From NCBI RefSeq assembly GCF_947500405.1, contig NZ_CANMRY010000013.1, positions 98-64,097 on the forward strand: a stretch of DNA of 64,000 nucleotides. Direction: 5' to 3'. This stretch comes from an uncultured Maribacter sp. (GTDB lineage Bacteria; Bacteroidota; Bacteroidia; Flavobacteriales; Flavobacteriaceae). Positions 59,923-64,000 of this stretch are shown here, in pieces. The notes beneath the pieces were generated by a model. It saw only the letters and a program-made list of their open reading frames with translations. It had not been told where the DNA came from and searched no databases. The translations under genes were made by a program, and so were the position numbers. Numbering within the stretch: position 1 is the stretch's first letter; every line of letters begins with the position of its first letter.

Positions 59923-60678
59923 ATGGTAACATTAATTTCTTTAGAATTAACAAGTATGCAGTGGTTTTTGGCATTATTATCTGCATTTATTATTGGAGTT
60001 TCTAAATCAGGTATTAAAGGCATAGCAATATTAAATGTTACATTAATGGCTCTTGCTTTTGGAGCTAAAGAATCTACTGGTTTAATTGTTCCTTTACTTA
60101 TTTTCGGAGATATTTTTGCGGTTATTTATTATAATAGACATGCCCAATGGAAATATATAGTACGCTTTTTACCTTGGATGATGCTAGGCGTACTAATTGG
60201 TGTTTTTATTGGAAATGATTTAGATGAGTTAACCTTTAAAAATAGTATGGCTATTGTTATCTTAGGTAGTGTTATATTAATGTATTGGTGGGATCGCAAA
60301 AAGTCTAAAAATGTACCTACGCATTGGGCTTTTGCAGGAAGTATGGGTATAATGGCAGGAATAACAACAATGATAGGTAACTTAGCTGGAGCTTTTAGTA
60401 ATATCTTTTTTTTAGCAATGCGTTTACCAAAAAATGAGTTCATTGGTACTGCAGCATGGTTATTTTTTATTATCAATATTTTTAAACTCCCATTTCATAT
60501 TTTTGTTTGGGAAACAATTACGGTAGACTCTTTTCTATTGAACCTAAAGTTAATTCCTGGAATAATAATTGGCATGTTTGTAGGCATAAAACTTGTGAGA
60601 ATTATTAAAGATGATTTTTATAGAAAAATGATTTTAATGCTTACTGCAATAGGAGCGTTATTAATTTTAGTGCGTTAG
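59923..60678 (+). CDS. TauE/SafE-family sulfite exporter-like membrane protein
   Basis: 251 aa with two 4-TM halves. The start may be the internal ATG at 59956 (MQWFLALL). Confidence 0.75.
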   Translation: MVTLISLELTSMQWFLALLSAFIIGVSKSGIKGIAILNVTLMALAFGAKESTGLIVPLLIFGDIFAVIYYNRHAQWKYIVRFLPWMMLGVLIGVFIGNDLDELTFKNSMAIVILGSVILMYWWDRKKSKNVPTHWAFAGSMGIMAGITTMIGNLAGAFSNIFFLAMRLPKNEFIGTAAWLFFIINIFKLPFHIFVWETITVDSFLLNLKLIPGIIIGMFVGIKLVRIIKDDFYRKMILMLTAIGALLILVR

Positions 60679-60723
60679 TTTTCTTTACACTTATTTTTAA
60701 ATAAAAAAGCTTCCAAGAATTAA

Positions 60724-61005
60724 CTTGAAAATCCACTAGCCAATGGCCGCTTTCCTGTTTGTTTGAGAGTGACCAAAGATAGACGCACTAAATACTTTAA
60801 AACTCTTTTCAGTATTCCAGAAAATGAATGGGATATAAAAAGCGGTCAATTCAATGAATGAAATACAAATTACATTCAGAATAATCGTCTACTGAATAAA
60901 GTTCTAGATAGGGCTATGAAAATTTACGGTAACTTAGAAATGCAGACTGAAGATTTTGAAAAGCATTTTAGGACTAATTCAATCCCCGCTCGTCAAAAAA
61001 AGGTC
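60724..61005 (+). pseudogene. N-terminal remnant of a tyrosine-recombinase (phage-type) integrase
   Basis: My translation: LENPLANGRFPVCLRVTKDRRTKYFKTLFSIPENEWDIKSGQFNE* (Arm DNA-binding-domain pattern G.fP..lRvt.dr...y..t....p..Wd...g). After a frame change it reads NTNYIQNNRLLNKVLDRAMKIYGNLEMQTEDFEKHF. No start codon and no catalytic domain. Confidence 0.6.
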
Positions 61006-61033
61006 TTTTTCTTTTTGTCTTTCTAATATATTT

Positions 61034-61306
61034 TTATTTCAATTCTTTCATTATTTTTTCGAGGAGTATTTCAAAATCAAGTGATTGACCGTATATCATA
61101 CTATTCTGCATTTCTTTATAATCAGATTTGTAGCTATCTAAAAATTTGCTAGGCGATATAATGTTAAGATCTTGTAAAGTGAAATCTTTATAATCTGTAT
61201 TCTTCAAAGGTGTTAGTACACTTCTATGTACAATAATACTTTCCAAAAGAACTGTGTTTTTTAAAGCATCTTGCCCATATTTAGAATATAAAGTCTCCAA
61301 ATTCAT
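61034..61306 (-). CDS. Hypothetical protein
   Basis: 90-aa ORF in the islet. No family recognised. Confidence 0.4.
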   Translation of the reverse strand: MNLETLYSKYGQDALKNTVLLESIIVHRSVLTPLKNTDYKDFTLQDLNIISPSKFLDSYKSDYKEMQNSMIYGQSLDFEILLEKIMKELK

Positions 61307-61486
61307 CTTTACTCTCTTTTATTAACTATAACCTATTTTTTAATTTTTTCTATTAATGATTTTAATTATGCGACAATTATTAAAAGAACCTTGTATTTAG
61401 ATACTTAAAAACTTGATTTATTACGGATTTCTGTAAACATATATGCCTCAATTTTAGCTATTTTTAATGCCTAAAACCAACATAAG

Positions 61487-62296
61487 ATGCTAAAAAAATT
61501 ATCTTGCATTCTTCTTTTCTTTCTTTCCTTAAATATATTTTCTCAAGAAAATACTATCAACTTAGTTTCATGGAATATACAGGATTTTGGGAAAACAAAA
61601 AATAGTGAAGAATTAGATAAAATTTCTGAAATTGTTAAAGAAGCTGATATTATAGCCATACAAGAAGTAGTTGCTGGTTTTGGTGGGGCGCAAGCAGTTG
61701 CTAAGCTTACTGCTATTTTAAACAGAAAAGGAAATAAATGGGATTACGCTATAAGCAATCCAACAAATAGCTCTAAGTATGTAACAGAACGTTATGCTTT
61801 TATCTGGAAAACAAAGCATCTTAAAATTAAGAATAGAGGTAGGTTAATTACTGAATTAGATTCTGTAATAGATAGAGAACCTTTTATTTTAGATTTTTAT
61901 ATAAATAAGAAAAAATTATCTATTATAAACTATCATTCTAGACCTTATAATCAAGACCCAGAAAGTGAGATTAAAGCATTGACCAAGTATCTCATAAACT
62001 CATTAAACACAAATCTAATACTTGCAGGAGATTTTAATGTAAACGAATCTAAACCTATATTTAACAACCTTAAGAATAATGGTTTTACTGCTGCCATTAC
62101 CAAACAAAAAACAACCTTGAAAAAAGTTTGTAAGCAAAATCATTATCTAAACCATCCTATTGACAATATTTTTTTTTCTAAACATATTAAAAGAAAGGAT
62201 AGCGGAATTTTAGATTTTGTACTGTTTTGCGAAAATTTAGAAAGAGCCAGAAAACTATCTGATCACTTGCCTGTTTATCTGAAGTTTAGTTTTTAA
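61487..62296 (+). CDS. Secreted endonuclease/exonuclease/phosphatase (DNase I-like) family protein
   Basis: Signal peptide (LSCILLFFLSLNIFSQ). EEP motifs: VSWNIQDFG, DIIAIQEV, LAGDFN, SDHLPV. Confidence 0.8.
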   Translation: MLKKLSCILLFFLSLNIFSQENTINLVSWNIQDFGKTKNSEELDKISEIVKEADIIAIQEVVAGFGGAQAVAKLTAILNRKGNKWDYAISNPTNSSKYVTERYAFIWKTKHLKIKNRGRLITELDSVIDREPFILDFYINKKKLSIINYHSRPYNQDPESEIKALTKYLINSLNTNLILAGDFNVNESKPIFNNLKNNGFTAAITKQKTTLKKVCKQNHYLNHPIDNIFFSKHIKRKDSGILDFVLFCENLERARKLSDHLPVYLKFSF

Positions 62297-62566
62297 TTAC
62301 CCAAACTTCCTAATGCAAACACTTCTATATGATAGATAGATTTTTCCTTTAACAATTTTACTTCATCAAAAATAAATTCAACCTCTTCCGCGTAATATGA
62401 TAACAAATATATTTGTTTTGACTTCATATCTACTTCCAGATTGTTGAACTGAAGCTTTAATTACATCTCATATCCATCGCCGCCTTTATTTATTATCTGA
62501 CCCGCAACTTTCATACTATAATTAAATAGAGTACTTAAAGTTCCTCCTGCTAATGAGTTAGTTATT

Positions 62567-62668
62567 TCAGGCTGGTAGTAGAACTGATTTGAAAATTGAT
62601 TGATAATCTCCCAAAACGATTACTACAATAGCTAAAAATATGACTATAATAATCTGTTTATTTTTCAT
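62567..62668 (-). CDS. Possible 33-aa TM peptide (or 5' part of a frameshifted gene of about 75 aa)
   Basis: MKNKQIIIVIFLAIVVIVLGDYQSIFKSVLLPA. Its ATG overlaps the DUF4236 stop (TAATG). A +1 frame continues as ...IINQFSNQFYYQPEITNSLAGGTLSTLFNYSMKVAGQIINKGGDGYEM. Confidence 0.3.
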   Translation of the reverse strand: MKNKQIIIVIFLAIVVIVLGDYQSIFKSVLLPA

Positions 62669-62919
62669 TAATACGGTTTAATTTTATAAACAACAAATAT
62701 GATTAAAGCCATAATTATTAAGGAGGGTAAACACCCGCTATTTTTTGCTTTAGAAAAATTTTTACGATACCGTAATCCAGGAGTACCAGTTCTCACAGAA
62801 TACCCTTTAGAACTTACACTTCCTATTTTATTTCTATAACTAGAAGTAATACTAGATTTATTAATATTAACTCCTAGACCTTTAACTACTTTAATTCTCT
62901 TATTAAACCTGAATGCCAT
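62668..62919 (-). CDS. DUF4236-domain protein with C-terminal TM helix
   Basis: MAFRFNKRIKVVKGLGVNINKSSITSS...GTPGLRY matches my recollection of the DUF4236 pattern (FRFRKSIKL.PGVRLNLSKSG.S.S...G..). C-terminal LPSLIIMALIIFVVY. Confidence 0.7.
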   Translation of the reverse strand: MAFRFNKRIKVVKGLGVNINKSSITSSYRNKIGSVSSKGYSVRTGTPGLRYRKNFSKAKNSGCLPSLIIMALIIFVVYKIKPY

Positions 62920-62921
62920 GA

Positions 62922-63833
62922 TTATTCTTTTAAAATAAAATTTCGGATTATTTTATCCATATTTGATGGCAAATCAGCTTGCTTAATTTCAAAATTCTTT
63001 ACATTCATTTCCTTAAACCACTTACTCCAATAAGCTCTAATTACATCTTCTTCATAAGGATTTTTATCATCTGGATTTACACCTAGGACTAGAATTTCTA
63101 GACTGGATAAATCATTATCTAAAGTTAAAAACCCATAATCTTTATTATCAAACTTATCTTCCCATTTGGAGTTGTTAAGCCCATTATTCTTTATGACTTG
63201 AGGTGTTAAAAAAGATGCTCTATTATTTTCCTTTATTCTAGTGTCCTTATGATAAATGTATCCATCTGTTAAAATCACTAAAATGTTTCTATACCTTTCT
63301 TCAATGCAATAATCATTCACCTTATTTTTAAAAAATCGCCAAGTATCAGACCCTACATAGTGATCATCTTTAATCGCCGATTCATAAATTAATTTAGAAA
63401 TGCTATCGTATTTTTTACAAGTCATAAAAATTTTCTTCTTGGTAACATTCTCCTTATTAAAAGAAATTTTAAGCGCATTAAGTTTTATATTTAAATTGTT
63501 GTCTGAAGGTTCTGGGTCTATAAATACTTGTATTTTGTCATCTATTTTTATCATTTTTTTGTTCATAATATGGGATTCTAGAGTTTGGGCTATTGACTTT
63601 AGATAACCAACATCTCTTAAATAGAAATCCATTGCGGGAGAAGGATTTTTTTTTGGATTTATTCTATCAGATAAATCCAAAAGTAGACTAATATTAAGAT
63701 TTTCGTTATTCGATAAAAGTTTTATAAAGCTATGATTATGAATTATCTCTTCAGACTTTGACTCTTCTTTACAGGAAATAAAAGTTGTGAGTAATACAGA
63801 TAGTATCAATAAGAATTTAATATATTTTTTCAT
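62922..63833 (-). CDS. Hypothetical lipoprotein (weak vWA-like motifs)
   Basis: Start moved to ATG 63833 (MKKYIKFLLILSVLLTTFISC lipobox). LLLDLSDR and ILVILTDGY are reminiscent of vWA beta1/beta4 motifs, at pattern level only. Confidence 0.6.
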   Translation of the reverse strand: MKKYIKFLLILSVLLTTFISCKEESKSEEIIHNHSFIKLLSNNENLNISLLLDLSDRINPKKNPSPAMDFYLRDVGYLKSIAQTLESHIMNKKMIKIDDKIQVFIDPEPSDNNLNIKLNALKISFNKENVTKKKIFMTCKKYDSISKLIYESAIKDDHYVGSDTWRFFKNKVNDYCIEERYRNILVILTDGYIYHKDTRIKENNRASFLTPQVIKNNGLNNSKWEDKFDNKDYGFLTLDNDLSSLEILVLGVNPDDKNPYEEDVIRAYWSKWFKEMNVKNFEIKQADLPSNMDKIIRNFILKE

Positions 63834-63837
63834 AATA

Positions 63838-64000
63838 TCAATTAATGAGTTTGTATAATCTTCCTTCATAGCTTTCGTCGGCTATATCATGGGCTAGTAG
63901 GTGGTTTTTTTCTTCCTCAATGCACTTTGACAACAATTCGCTCCTAACTTTTTCTCCTTTGAAGTTATCAGTTATAGCCAAAAACCAGCCTTTCACATAT
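63838..64000 (-). CDS. Hypothetical protein, C-terminal fragment (gene continues beyond the window)
   Basis: Open frame ...YVKGWFLAITDNFKGEKVRSELLSKCIEEEKNHLLAHDIADESYEGRLYKLIN*. Its stop lies 4 nt before the lipoprotein ATG. Confidence 0.4.
   Translation of the reverse strand, partial: YVKGWFLAITDNFKGEKVRSELLSKCIEEEKNHLLAHDIADESYEGRLYKLIN

Noticed and set aside
62297-62566. Further small minus-strand ORFs (for example a 44-aa MKSKQIYLLSYYAEEVEFIF... ORF)
   Set aside because: They are too short, lack motifs and are interrupted by frame changes. I treated them as degraded islet sequence rather than annotating genes.

Overview
Visibly AT-rich, densely coding 64-kb chromosomal segment with the hallmarks of a Bacteroidota (Flavobacteriia-type) genome: a SusC/SusD pair under an ECF-sigma/anti-sigma pair, an OmpA protein with thrombospondin-type-3 repeats, and TTTG-N(16-19)-TAnnTTTG promoter boxes. 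Most of it is housekeeping. It holds sodA and an AddA/AddB-like helicase-nuclease pair split by the OmpA-family gene. A homogentisate (tyrosine catabolism) operon, hmgA-fahA-flavin-reductase-like-hppD, sits beside a divergent TetR gene and a 34-bp perfect palindrome. Also present are tRNA-Ala(GGC), queD, lpxH, recJ, rsmI, tdk, alr, mscL and asd. The sigma/anti-sigma/SusC/SusD locus is followed by prolyl oligopeptidase, an orphan ABC ATPase and arfB. The remainder includes glycerate kinase, fabH-accB-accC, yceD-rpmF, pdxA, ribE and a sodium:solute symporter. I saw no rRNA, no CRISPR array and no intact transposase or integrase. There are several decay or accessory signals. (1) A 1.6-kb islet at the 3' end of tRNA-Ala carries a Fic gene and a nonsense-mutated HTH gene and is bounded by a short imperfect direct repeat of the tRNA end. 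(2) A MATE transporter is frameshifted near a T4 run. (3) A four-helix-bundle gene is frameshifted. (4) A C-terminal remnant of a second sodium:solute symporter remains. (5) From about 60.7 kb, an integrase N-terminal scar is followed by an islet of small, tightly packed unknown genes running off the window. The best candidates for something undescribed are that terminal operon (partial ORF, lipoprotein, DUF4236 membrane protein, small TM peptide) and a self-contained four-gene envelope operon at 47.8-52.1 kb. Neither can be given a function from sequence alone, and I found no clear-cut novel system. All family calls rest on motif-level reading without database searches.
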